Below, piece by piece: positions 13,840-26,521 of a stretch of DNA of 64,000 nucleotides (the first letter of the stretch is position 1; each line of letters opens with the position of its first letter). The notes beneath the pieces were generated by a model that saw only the letters and a program-made list of their open reading frames with translations, was not told the DNA's origin and searched no databases. This DNA comes from Eledone cirrhosa (Eukaryota). The translations under genes and the position numbers were made by a program. Location: assembly GCA_964016885.1 (NCBI GenBank), contig OZ024741.1, positions 236,406,001 through 236,470,000 of the forward strand, in the 5' to 3' direction.

Positions 13840-16170
13840 ATGTTCTCTGTCCATTCTCTATATGGTAACATGGGAAATGATTTCAATTTAGAATTCAGCA
13901 TTGATAACAGCCGTTTGATATGTGACCAACCTGTCTTCCCTCAGAATGAACTCTACCACCAACAACTGCAACAGCAAACTAACTACTGCAGCAACAGCAG
14001 CATTGGTGTGAAACCCAAGGAAGAAAATGATAGCTACACAAACCCTAATCTCATTTGTAAAAGCCTCAGTAACAGCAACAGCCATTATAATGAAAAGCCG
14101 AACAAAAGCAGCAACAGTGCTGGCAACAACAATAACAACCAACCGCACCACCATCACCACAACAACAACAACAACAACAGCAACAATAATAATACTGCTA
14201 TCACCACTACTAATGCTACAACTACAACTTTAGCTACTACAAATAGTTCTACTATTTCTACTTCTAGTTCTACTACAACTAATAGTACTACAACTTCTAC
14301 TACTATTTCTAGTGGCTGTGTTGACGGTATGCATTTAGGCCCTAACCAAAGTAAAGACAGAAACTGTTATCTAAATGTTGGCAGCAATAATATCAACAGT
14401 GACTCAGTGTGTGATGAGGCCAGTGTGAATGGTCTTGGTACAGTCAGGGAGAGCTGGTTAAACAAGGACAATCACTTAAACAGTAACCACCACCTGAACT
14501 GTAACAACAGCATTGCTAGCAGCTGGATAGGTTGTGATTTAAAAGAAAGAATTGCAATGGGCTGGATGAGTAGTAGTGTGAGTAGCAGTGATAGTGGTGG
14601 CAGCAGTGTTGGTGGTGGAGGAGGAGGAGGAGGAGGTGGTGGTGGTGGTAGTGGTGGTGGTGGTGGTGGTGGTGGTGTTGGTCTTCAGACCGTTGTGAAA
14701 ACTGAAAGGACAGACTCGAAAGCCTTCAAGTGCCATCTCTGCCGCAAAGCGTTCTCACGACGTGCCAACCTGCGTAACCATGAGCGTGCACACTGGAATG
14801 GCAAACAGCATTCGTGTCTTCACTGCGGCAAGCTCTTCTCACACCGTGCACACCTAGTCATACACGAGCGAACACACACCGGCGAGAAGCCATTCCTTTG
14901 CCCTGTATGTCCGAAGCATTTTGCGCAGAAGGTGCACCTTCAGAATCATGCGAGGACACACACGGGTGAAAAACCATACCGTTGCCGATACTGTACAAAA
15001 GCATTTGCTCAGAGGGACCACTTAAACAACCATGAACGTATCCATACCGGGGAGAAACCTTTCACGTGTCTGAGGTGTTCAAAATCATTTACCCAACGTG
15101 GACACTTAAAGAACCACCAGAGGACGCATACAGGTGAGGCACCGTATAAGTGCAGCATGTGTTCGAAGGCGTTTGCACAGCGATCACATCTGAACAACCA
15201 TGAGCGCACGCATAACGGTGGCGTTGCTCACAGTCATCACAGTAACATCAGCAACAGCAGCAGCAACAGTAGCAGCGACAGTTGCAGTGATGCACGATCG
15301 CACATGAATGATTCCGAACATCTCCACAACAACAGCAACAACTACACTACCAACTCTCCTGTTGTTTCCATGTATAACAACCGTTGCTGCAGTGTTGCCA
15401 CCTGCAGCTGCAGTTGTGGTGTGTGTGAGAGGTGCCGTGGTGTGCAGCTGGGGATTAAAGTTGAAGAGGAGGACAGCAATGATGGAACAACAGAGTGTAG
15501 TAGGTGCGAGTGCAATAGGTGCAACTGCACTACCAATAGTTGCAGTGACAATTGCACCAGTAACAGTTGCACCAACAATAGTTGCACTAACAACAGCTGT
15601 AGTTGCCCAGGTTGTCAAGGACAACCGCACCACAATCACCACATGAACAGTAATAACAACAACAACAACAACAACAACAGCCACCTCCCCCATCATCACC
15701 CCCATCATAATAATCATCATCATCATCACTCTAGCTCGGGACAACACAAACACCATCACCACCACCACCACCACCACCACCACCACATGCATCGCTTGCA
15801 TAACAACCTCCCACAGAACTCGCTGACGGCGTTGCAGCTGGTCTCCCCTTCCACGACACTCTCCACACAGCTGCTGTCATCATCATCATCACCGCCATCA
15901 TCATCATCACTGTGTGCAGTAACAGAAGGAGGTGGAGGGCTGGTAGGTTTTGGTGCTGATGTCTGCAAGAAAGAGTTCTGTTTGCAATCATCAGAAAATA
16001 TGTTCCCCAAGAAACAGGAGCCAATCCTGACCTCTGACATGAAGATGCTGACCTATGACATCTGTAAGAAGGTCCTCTCACAAAAGACCACCTTGAAGAA
16101 GTGCAAGCACACTAGTACAGGCGAGGTACTCTACAGCGCATTGAACCTACTGTCTGGTTATAACCACTGA
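13840..16170 (+). CDS. C2H2 zinc-finger transcription factor (6 tandem fingers, low-complexity N-terminus, Cys-rich and His-rich C-terminal half)
   Basis: Uninterrupted ORF 13786-16170, first in-frame ATG at 13840. Six canonical fingers at about 14725-15210 (FKCHLCRKAF..H..AH, HSCLHCGKLF, FLCPVCPKHF, YRCRYCTKAF, FTCLRCSKSF, YKCSMCSKAF), most joined by TGEKP-type linkers. Poly-N/T/S/G/H tracts. Confidence 0.93.
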   Translation: MFSVHSLYGNMGNDFNLEFSIDNSRLICDQPVFPQNELYHQQLQQQTNYCSNSSIGVKPKEENDSYTNPNLICKSLSNSNSHYNEKPNKSSNSAGNNNNNQPHHHHHNNNNNNSNNNNTAITTTNATTTTLATTNSSTISTSSSTTTNSTTTSTTISSGCVDGMHLGPNQSKDRNCYLNVGSNNINSDSVCDEASVNGLGTVRESWLNKDNHLNSNHHLNCNNSIASSWIGCDLKERIAMGWMSSSVSSSDSGGSSVGGGGGGGGGGGGGSGGGGGGGGVGLQTVVKTERTDSKAFKCHLCRKAFSRRANLRNHERAHWNGKQHSCLHCGKLFSHRAHLVIHERTHTGEKPFLCPVCPKHFAQKVHLQNHARTHTGEKPYRCRYCTKAFAQRDHLNNHERIHTGEKPFTCLRCSKSFTQRGHLKNHQRTHTGEAPYKCSMCSKAFAQRSHLNNHERTHNGGVAHSHHSNISNSSSNSSSDSCSDARSHMNDSEHLHNNSNNYTTNSPVVSMYNNRCCSVATCSCSCGVCERCRGVQLGIKVEEEDSNDGTTECSRCECNRCNCTTNSCSDNCTSNSCTNNSCTNNSCSCPGCQGQPHHNHHMNSNNNNNNNNNSHLPHHHPHHNNHHHHHSSSGQHKHHHHHHHHHHHHMHRLHNNLPQNSLTALQLVSPSTTLSTQLLSSSSSPPSSSSLCAVTEGGGGLVGFGADVCKKEFCLQSSENMFPKKQEPILTSDMKMLTYDICKKVLSQKTTLKKCKHTSTGEVLYSALNLLSGYNH

Positions 16171-16199
16171 CAGTAGCTGAGACAACACTGTTAATGTTA

Positions 16200-18990
16200 C
16201 GTTATACCACACCATCCCACATCACATCACGTCACACCACACCACACCACATCACACCACACCACACACACATACCACATCACACCACACCACACACACA
16301 TACCACATCACACCACACCACACCACACCACACCACACTACACCACATCACACCACACCATATAACACACGAAACCACACATATACCACACCCCAACACA
16401 CCACAAGACACAACACACATACCACACCACACACACATACCACATCACACCACACCACACCACACACACATACCACACCACACACACATACCACATCACA
16501 CCACACCACACCACACACACATACCACATCACACCACACCACACCACACCACACTACACCATATCACACCACACCATATAACACATGAAACCACACATAT
16601 ACCACACCCCAACACACCACAAGACACAACACACATACCACACCACAACACACCACATCACACCACATCACACCACACCTCATCAGTAGCTGAGACAACA
16701 CTGTTAATGTTACATTATACCACACCATCCCACATCACATCACGTCACACCACACCACACCACACCTCATCACATCACACCACACACACATACCACACCA
16801 CATCACACCACACCATACCACACCACACCACACTACACCATATCACACCACACCATATAACACACGAAACCACACATATACCACACCCCAACACACCACA
16901 AGACACAACACACATACCACACCACAACACACCACATCACACCACACCTCATCACATCACTCTACACCACATCACGTCATTCTATACTACATTGTACCAT
17001 ACCACATTACACCATACGACACTACACTCCACCACACCTTTGCCATACTACACCACACCACACCAAAGCATACCATACCACATCACATTACACCACACCA
17101 CACCAGACTAAACTACACCATATCACACTACACTACACCAAATTAAACAACACTACACCACACCACACCATCCCACACCACACCATATCACACCACACAA
17201 CACCATACTACACTATACCACACCACACACATACAACACCACAACACACCATACCACATCACACCACACTATACATCACACACATACCACACCACAACGC
17301 ACCACACTACAAACACATACCACATCACACCACACCATACCACATCACATCACACCACACCACACCATATCACACCACACCATATAACACACGAAACCAC
17401 ACATATCACACCACAAGACACAAGACACATACCACACCACAACACACCATACCACATCACACCACAAGACACAACACACATACCACACCACAACACACCA
17501 TACCACATCACACCACAACACACCATACCACATCACACCAAACTACACCACACCATACAACACCACACCACACATATACCACACCACACTACATCACACC
17601 ACACCACACCATACAACACCTCACCATACAACACCACACCACACCACACACATACCACACCACACAACACCACACTACACATATACCACACCACAACACA
17701 CCATACCACATCACACCAAACCACACCACACCACACCACACCATATCACACCACACCACACCATACAACACCACACCACACATATACCACACCACAACAC
17801 ATCACACCACATCACACCATACCACATCACACCACACCATACAACACCACACCACACATATACCACACCACAACACACCATACCACATAACACCACATCA
17901 CACCATACCACATCACACTACACCATACAACACCTCACCATACAACACCACACCACACCACACACATACCACACCACACTACACCATACCACACTATACC
18001 ACATCACACCACACCATACCACACCACACTATACCACACCACACTATATCACATCACACTATGCCACACCGGACCATGCTACACCACATCACGTAACACC
18101 ATACACCACTATACTACACCATGCCACACCACACCATGCCAGACAACACCACACAAGACTGTGCCACACTACACCATACCACACAACATCACACCACACT
18201 CTGCCGCACTACACCACACCACACTCTTCCACACTACACCATACCACACAACAACACACCACACTCTGCCACACTACACCATGTCACACAAGACTGTTCG
18301 ACACTACACCATTCCAGCCAACACCACACAAGACTGTGCCACACTACACAATACCATACAACTCTGTACAACACCTCACCACACTAAACCCCACCATATT
18401 GTGCCATACAACATTGCAGCACACTACATTATACCACACAATACTACACTACACAATGTCACACGCCATACAACACCATACCACACCACAACACACCACA
18501 CCAAACTATACTACAGCACACTATGCTAAACAACATCATGCCAAACCACACCACACACACTACACAACACCACACCATACTTCACTACACTATACACCAT
18601 AGTGTACCATACCACTCCACATATCACACCCTCACAATACTACACCACACCGCTCTATACAATAATACACTATACTACACCAAACTATTCATCACCACAC
18701 ATCACACCACACTCACTACACCACACCATAATAGATGACATTATACTAAACCACATCACACCACCCCATACCATATTACACTACACCACACCATGATAGA
18801 CACCAAACTGTATTGCATCACACATCACACAACACCATACTACATCATCCCATACAACTTAATTGCACACCATACCTCACCACTCCAGACCATACCATAC
18901 CACACACCACACCATAATATACTATATCACACCACATAACCACACTACACCTAACCACATCACACCACACCACACCACACCACCCAATAC
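16200..18990. repeat. Degenerate (CACAC/ACCAC)n pentamer satellite immediately 3' of the ZF stop codon
   Basis: About 2.8 kb of C/A-rich 5-mer repeats. The His/Thr/Pro-rich ORFs here are artefacts of the repeat. Confidence 0.9.
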
Positions 18991-19329
18991 TACATTATCA
19001 TCTTTGATCATGGTTCTGCTAGTTCGAGGCTGACCCGGGGCTAAATAACAACAACAATAACTACACAACCAACAACACCAACAACAATAACAAGACCATC
19101 ACCACCACCACCACCACCACCACTAACAACACCAACAACACCAACAAGTGTCAAGTGTGGATTGGTGCAGTGTAGTGTAGACTGGTGTAATGTGGAGTGG
19201 TGTAGCCTGGATTGTGATAATGGGCATATAAACCAGAAAGCCAAATATATATATATATATATACATATATCACCTTGATCACCTTGACCGATCAATCACC
19301 TTGATCACCTTGACCGACCAGTCTGTCGG

Positions 19330-19551
19330 GCACCAATCAGCGCCACTGGTCACAGCACGTCGTGCTGTTTTAGCCATAAGATAACGCCATCTCACTGGCT
19401 GGGCAGGCAGGCCGGTACTCATTTCTACAGCTGAGTAAACTGGAGCAACGTGAAATAAAGTGTCTTGCTCAAGGAAACAACACATCACCCGGTCCGAGAA
19501 TTGAACTCACAACCTTTCGCCCAATGCTTTAACCACTAAGCCATGCGCCTT

Positions 19552-19555
<4 letters not shown>
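19330..19555 (-). mobile_element. tRNA-derived SINE family 2
   Basis: Minus strand: gaaggcgcatggcttagtggttaaagc (A-box)...gagttcaattctc (B-box)...ccttgagcaagacactttatttc. Homologous to 25168-25312 (+). Confidence 0.8.
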
Positions 19556-19606
<51 letters not shown>

Positions 19607-19654
19607 ACAATGTTACAAAAATGCAAATAATGTAAAGAAAATTTATGAATTATA

Positions 19655-19960
19655 ATATGATGATGGTGATGATGATGATGATCTTTTTACTGTGGCACAT
19701 TTATTATTATTATTAATAATAATAATAATAACAACAACAACAATGATGATAATAATCATAGTAATGATAATGTTCACTACAACAACAACAGAAATACTAA
19801 TGATGGTGGTGATGATAATGATGATAATGATGATAATGATGATGATGATGACGATGATGATGCCGACGACGACGGTGATGATGATGATGATGATGATGAT
19901 GATGGTGATGGTGGTGATGGTGATGATGATGATGATGATGATGACGACGACGATGATTTC
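19655..19960. repeat. (GAT)n/(AAT)n trinucleotide microsatellite
   Basis: Direct reading. Confidence 0.9.
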
Positions 19961-21456
19961 TGTCTCAAAACAAGTGACAAAAGAATCACCATACTTGAAC
20001 TGATGACAGCCAGTATATTACTGGTAGTTATTTAGTGAATGTCACTCTCCTCTTCATACTCCCCACATTTTCCTCTTCCTTCTCTCCCATCCCCCTTCTC
20101 CACCACCATCTCCATATTCCTCATCATCCTGCTCTTCGCTGATTATATATATAAAGAAAGAATAAAAGGAAGGAAGAAACTTACCCAGACAGGGTTTGAA
20201 CTGTAAATTGTTGTGCAACCATGTGACCTGCAATAAAGAATCCAGTCCACCACAGCGCCATCTATCTCAACACCATTACTAGTAGCAGTACTATAATTAT
20301 TATCATTAGTAGTAGTAGTAGTAGTAGTTATAGTTTTAGTGATTTCTACGATAGGCACAAGGCCAGCAATTTTGGGGGGTGGGGAAAGGCGATTACATCG
20401 ACCTCCAGTACATTACTGGTACTTTATTTTATCGACCCCCATCGGGATGAAAGGCAGAGCTAACCTTGACGGCAGTGGTAGTAATAATGATAGGGCATTC
20501 TAGCATAGTCACATGGTCATAACCTCTGGAGGAGAAGGGGCAAAAGGGGGAGTCTATTAAATCAACATCCAGTAGTTGACTGGTATTTTATTGTCAGTGG
20601 ATGGATGAAATCAAAGTTCACTTTTGAGTGCTGGTAGAGAACCAGAACAAATACTGCAAGGCATTTTGTTTACCGATAATCTACCTTGTTCTTTATTGAT
20701 CCTGAAGGGATGAAAGATACAGTTAACTCTGGCAAGATTGAACTCAGAACATAAAGAGCTGTAACTTAATGCTGCAACACATTGTTTTGTTTATCCAATG
20801 CTCTCATGATTCTGCCAGCCACAATCCTTTAATAATGGCAATAATAATGATAGTAATAATAATGATAATAATTTCTGTATTAACTACAAGGGCCCTTAGA
20901 CAGTAGGGACTTTACAAATGATGGGATACAACACAGTAGGGGTTTATATGAAACAGTATAAATGTAACTAACAACAAAAAATAAGAATAAAACCAGCAAA
21001 AAGTGAAAGTCACCGTCCCTAATAAAAGGGGACAGCCACTTTTTGCCACTTAAGATCAATCAGAGCCAAGATTACCTTGAACTCCTAAAAATTTGGGAAG
21101 AGGGAAAGATTGATTAGACTCCATAAAGACAACACATATATTGAAATATTGAAAAAAACAAACAAAATATTCTGGGGTTAGTGGCAAAGATGGGAGAGGG
21201 TAGAGGGTAGGGTAATGGTGAGAGAGATGATGGTGATGGTGGCAGAGATCATGGGGTTAATAAGAGTGGGAGTGGCGGTGGTGGTGGTGGTGGTGGTAGT
21301 GGTGATGGAGATATTGACAATAGTAACAGGAACAAGAGGCAAGTGATGCTTCTAGAAAGACAAACAGACAGAAATAGTCAAGGTGTTATTCTGTGAACAT
21401 TGGACAAATGGGTTGTGATGTTTTTTTTGGACAAAGTTCACAAGTAGTAAGTGACT

Positions 21457-21490
<34 letters not shown>

Positions 21491-21700
21491 TATATACATA
21501 CGTAAACTTGGGATAACTATATATTTATATATAACTCACACACACATATATATTCACAAACAGATAATGTCATATAACATGTAAATAAGTGGGTAGATGA
21601 AAATGATACATGCATACACATGTACATACACACACTTACGCATGCATACCTTTACACATGCATTTTCACATACATACATGCTGACATATGCATATGTGTG

Positions 21701-21744
<44 letters not shown>

Positions 21745-22032
21745 TTCATCCATAATACATGTGTGTGGGTGTGTATATATATATACACATATATATATTC
21801 ACATATATATATATTCACATATATATATATTCACATATATATGTATATGTATATACATGTGTATACATATACATGCATACACACACTGGTACAACACACA
21901 TACACATATGCACATACAACCACAGACATATATATATATATATATATACACATATATATCAATATATGTGTGTATGTATGAATGCAATCGCTGCAACTAT
22001 ATTATTGTATATTTGTATATGTGAAATGAATA

Positions 22033-22132
<100 letters not shown>

Positions 22133-22210
22133 CACACACATATATATATACATATATATATACATACATATATATATATATATGTATACATATGTATACA
22201 TATGTATATG

Positions 22211-22241
<31 letters not shown>

Positions 22242-22734
22242 GTATATATATATATACATATATATATGTATGTATATTTTAATAGAATCTCTGTCTGGAA
22301 TGAAATATATATTATTGCCTATAATGTGGCACTTGGGAATCTTATGACCCCTATTAGCTGAAGCAACACTGATTCTTATAATAATAATAATAACAATGAT
22401 GATAATAATAAAATAATAATAATATTGTTTTCTTTTTATTCTATTTACTTTAGTTTTATTCCAGCAATTTGTGGGGAAGGAGGAGCTGATTATATGAACC
22501 CCAGTATTTAACTGGTACTTTATTTTATCAATCTCAGAAGGATGAATGACACAGTTGACATCTGCAGGATTTGAATGTAAAAGGCCATCACTAAATGTTT
22601 CAAAGCATTTTGTCTGATGCTCCAAAGATTGTACCTAGCACCTCCTTCCACTGCCACAAATGGGACCATATTTAACCATTAATAAACTAAAATATCTAAT
22701 ATATATATCCAGGGAGTGTAACATGAAGTTACTG

Positions 22735-22860
22735 TAGGTTCATTACAACAGCAGAGATTTGATGAGCTTTTGAGTCCAGCATCAGGCCAGATTGATTCAG
22801 ATCAAACCTGGAGCTGATCAATTACGAAACACGCACGTCACCAATCAAACGTAATGAAGG
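22735..22860 (+). ncRNA. Degenerate type-I hammerhead-like motif (core TTGATGA...GAAAC ACGCAC GTC)
   Basis: Core-like boxes at 22759-22765 and 22826-22839, outer complementarity ttcattac/gtaatgaa, homologous to 24500-24578. First core base mutated. Confidence 0.35.
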
Positions 22861-22886
22861 CTTAACAAATCATCCTTGTATTTTAT

Positions 22887-22918
<32 letters not shown>

Positions 22919-22920
22919 TA

Positions 22921-23121
22921 GAGAGGTAGAACACTGGAAGGTAATATCCGTAGTGGTTGAGCACTCAGTCCATGGGACGAGTTAGGTAGAAGTGGTAACA
23001 TAACAGTTAGTTCACCATACCGAGAACAATTGTTTCACCTTAGCGGATCCTCAGCTCAGATCTGCTAATGTGAAACAATTGTTCTCGGTATGGTGAACTA
23101 ACTGTTGTGTTACCACTTCTA
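22921..23121. mobile_element. Short fold-back insert between (TA)n tracts
   Basis: About 63-bp inverted arms 22987-23049/23059-23121 around a 9-nt loop; contains GTTTC...GAAAC. Confidence 0.75.
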
Positions 23122-23262
23122 TATATATATATCTGTAAATGTGGTTGATGTTAAGAAGGGCATCCAGCTGTAAAATGTGCGGTTAAATTTATAGTCCTCA
23201 CCCGAGCAAGGTGCGATATGGCCAACCATGCATGGAAGATTTGACGCTAAACAGAAATGATG

Positions 23263-23630
23263 ATAGAAACTATAGGAAGCTCAAAGGCAGAAAATAACTG
23301 TCATTATAGTTGGTTGCTATAAATAACTGCTTACAATACTGGGTAAATTACCCCTAGAAATGGAAAAAGTAGCCAGTGGTCACAACAAGGAATCAAACCT
23401 CACATCTCTCAGATACCGGTTGATTGCTCTAATCATTGAACTAAATGGTTTCATACAATGGTTAGAGCAGTCAGCTGGTATCTGAAAGATATGAGATTTG
23501 ATTCCTTTTAGCAAGTGCCGCAACTTTTTTCCATCTCTAGGAGTATTTTGCTCAATATTGTAAGTAATTATTTATAGCAACCAACTCTATTGATAGTTAT
23601 TTTCTGTTTTAGTTTCCTTAGAGCTTCATA
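23263..23630. mobile_element. Diverged palindromic element with two back-to-back tRNA-like heads
   Basis: Arms of about 175 bp in inverted orientation around 23439-23455. The right arm reads tggttagagcagtcagctggtatctgaaagatatgagatttgattcc (A-box/B-box spacing). Confidence 0.65.
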
Positions 23631-24362
23631 AATTCTAACTTTATATATATATATATATAAAGTAGAACACTTGAAAACTTGCATTGAGCCTTTTGTCATA
23701 TCGGTAACCGGCTAGTACTTTGTACTACCCTACATATTTATAGTTGTATCAAACATATATAAATATTCCTATTACTATATATATAATGCATTCAAGGATG
23801 AGAAAATATATGTTACGTAGTAATGATGATTATGAATATATATATATATAAAAAAACATAGTTTCATTTATATATTTTTTTTATTGATTATCAACTTGTT
23901 ACACACATTTCACAGATGATTGGCTCAAGATTACTTATGGAAGCTACGAACTCGACTCTAGCATCTATCTGCTCGTCATCAAATCTGACGAGCAGACTAA
24001 TGCTGGAGCGAATCATCTGTGTTCATCGTTTTTTCTTATTATAAACACTCTACCTGTGCATCGAGTGCTCATATTTGTCCACCACCTGTAATTCACTGAA
24101 TCATATATATATATATATATATGGGGAGGAGGTTATAGTTCACTTGAAGCATTGTGTAATGAGGTATAAACGTTAGAATATGTGTAATAAGGCCAAGACA
24201 ATGCAGATATGGACATAGAAAAAAGAATGCAATAGTGAAAGATATTGATGTGAATTCGTCTTTCACCTTGAATTTATTTAAATGTCCTTAATTTTCGAGA
24301 TAATATCTCTTCTTCGGAGGGAAGTAAAGGTCTCAGACCAGCGTCTTTAAATTTCTAATGAA

Positions 24363-24421
<59 letters not shown>

Positions 24422-24477
24422 AGGTGTAAGTACAAGATATGAAAATATCACCATTATGTTTATTTGTGTGTGATGCG

Positions 24478-24600
24478 CATCATTAAGGAAACCACAAGTC
24501 TGATGAGCTATCAATTACAGAGTTGGGCATGATCGATACTGATTGTACCTTGAGCTGATTGATCATGAAACACATGTCACGCATGAAGAAACATAATGAT
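24478..24600 (+). ncRNA. Degenerate type-I hammerhead-like motif (CTGATGA...GAAAC ACAT GTC)
   Basis: Intact core boxes at 24500-24506 and 24567-24578, long imperfect stem II, outer atcatta/taatgat pairing; weak proximal stem I. Confidence 0.4.
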
Positions 24601-25167
24601 GATATTTTGATACCTCATTATTATTATTAACACTCTGCTTATGAAGGATACCGACCATGGAGTAAAACCAAATGTGCAATACCACATAGGCAACCGGACC
24701 CACTTATGCACCGAGTGTTCAAACTGGTGGACCAATAGTAACTTAAAGTTACACATCAATAAACTATATATATATATGTGTGTGTGTCTGATGATCTTGT
24801 CAATATACAGAAATAACTCCAGAGTAACAAGATCCATCACCTGACCATAATAAAGAATATATATACATATAATAGAATATATATATATACATATACATAT
24901 AATATAATATTATTCTTTGTGAGTGTCATGTTGTCAAAAGCACATGCACCTGTTGAGTTTCATTTCAGTTTTTCAGAAATTATAAGAATATCTGTTTCAA
25001 CAGATGATTTCAGATCAAGAATCTTGCAAAACAAATACAAAAATGAAGTATATATATATACATATTTACTTCATCATCATCATCATCACTGTTTACTGTC
25101 TATTTTTCATGCTTGCATAAGTTAGACAAGTTGTCATGTACTGTTTATATGACAACTATATATTCTT

Positions 25168-25562
25168 GTGAAGGCGCATGGCTTAGTGGTTAGAGCATTG
25201 GCCTTGCAATCAAAAGGTTGCGAGTTCAATTCTCGGACCGGATGATGTGTTGTTTCCTTGAGCAAGACACTTTATTTCACATTGCTCCAGTTTACTCAGC
25301 TGTAGAAATGAGATGATAGGACTGGGGTCCCTATCATTCCACTGCAAAGTGGCCGTGGAGGTGCCACAGCAAAAAAGCACCCAGCCCAAACTGTAAAAGT
25401 GGACGTGTAGGCACCACGGCAAAAAAGCACCCAGCACTCACTGTAAATGAGGTTGGTGTTAGAGAAGGGCATCCAGCTGTAGAAATCAAGCCAGAATCAG
25501 TTCCCGCCCCACCCTTGCAAGCAGGGACAAGCGGACGTAAAATGAAATGAAATGATGATGAT
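25168..25562 (+). mobile_element. tRNA-derived SINE with RTE-type 3' tail
   Basis: tRNA-like head, aaaagcacccag...agaagggcatccagctgtagaaa body, and tail cccttgcaagcagggacaagcggacgtaaaatga that matches the RTE LINE 3' end at 30445-30496. Confidence 0.8.
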
Positions 25563-26134
25563 GTGACTTGACTGATCAAGTGACCACGTCTTGCTCATAA
25601 AATCCGATTTGGGCTTGGTTTTCTATGGCTGGATTCCTTTCCTAATGCCAACCACATTGCTGTGTGTACTGGGATATTTTCTTGCGACACTCGCTCTATC
25701 ACAATACTGGGTGCTTTTTGGTACTGCAGCAGTATGTCCACCTTAAAGGTTGCTTTTTCATTGTGGCACCAGCGCAACCACCTTACAGGATTGACTGGGT
25801 GCTTTTTGTTGTGACATCAGCACTACCGCTGTGTAGAGTGGGCTGTGTGCTTTTTCTTGTGGCACCAGTACTGCATAAGAGCAAGCAATATGTCATGGAA
25901 CTGGTTATGAAGAGAGGGAGTTAAGCTTGGCTGTATATTATAGCACATTTCCGGTTTCCCATACATGCAAATGTTTGACAGGAAAGTTGTATCAGGGATG
26001 TGGCAGGGGTAGGAGGAAGCACATCATCAACACCTATATTCTATGTCTACCTGGGTCAGACGAGCTGTCATGTTGTGTGGCCTCCACAACCGGATGGCCT
26101 TCCCAATATCATCTGAACATTTACATATATATAT

Positions 26135-26301
26135 AAGAAGTGTCTGAGGTGGGAAGACTCCAAATCAGAATAGTACTCGATGCAGGATGTAGAGTGGGTA
26201 TAGTGAAGAAGTAAAATCATGACAGCTAGTCCTGCCATTTCAACTTGCTTTTACCCTGGAAAAAACTTGTGAAAACAAATTGGAATGGTAAAGCTTGCTG
26301 T
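26135..26301 (-). mobile_element. Short (TA)n-associated element with decayed fold-back
   Basis: 33-bp imperfect inverted arms 26222-26254/26269-26301. The minus strand reads GAAA TGGC aggacta GCTG TC, followed by a tail carrying cgagtact. Confidence 0.5.
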
Positions 26302-26484
26302 AGGGATTCTACATCTTGTGGTTGGTGTTAGCAAGGGCATCTAGCTTTGGAAACCAGGTCAAACTAGAATGAATGAGCATGGTATAGTTTTATGGCCTGC
26401 CTGGTCTTAGAATGTGACAACCCATCCAACCTGTGTCAGCATGGAAAATGGACATAATATGGTGATGATTATACACATGCAGAT

Positions 26485-26521
<37 letters not shown>

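Noticed and set aside
13840-16170. Assigning a gene symbol such as MTF1
   Set aside because: The finger sequences are not recognisable as a specific orthologue, and lineage-specific C2H2 expansions make naming unsafe.
16194-18796. Histidine-rich protein ORFs
   Set aside because: Translations of a degenerate CACAC pentamer satellite.
23910-24022. Hammerhead in the hairpin containing CTGACGAG
   Set aside because: A nested inverted repeat is present, but there is no GAAA box at a suitable position. Kept only as an unexplained small fold-back.
25168-25240. Functional tRNA genes
   Set aside because: The tRNA-like segments are SINE heads continuing into repeat bodies; no clean cloverleaf was found.
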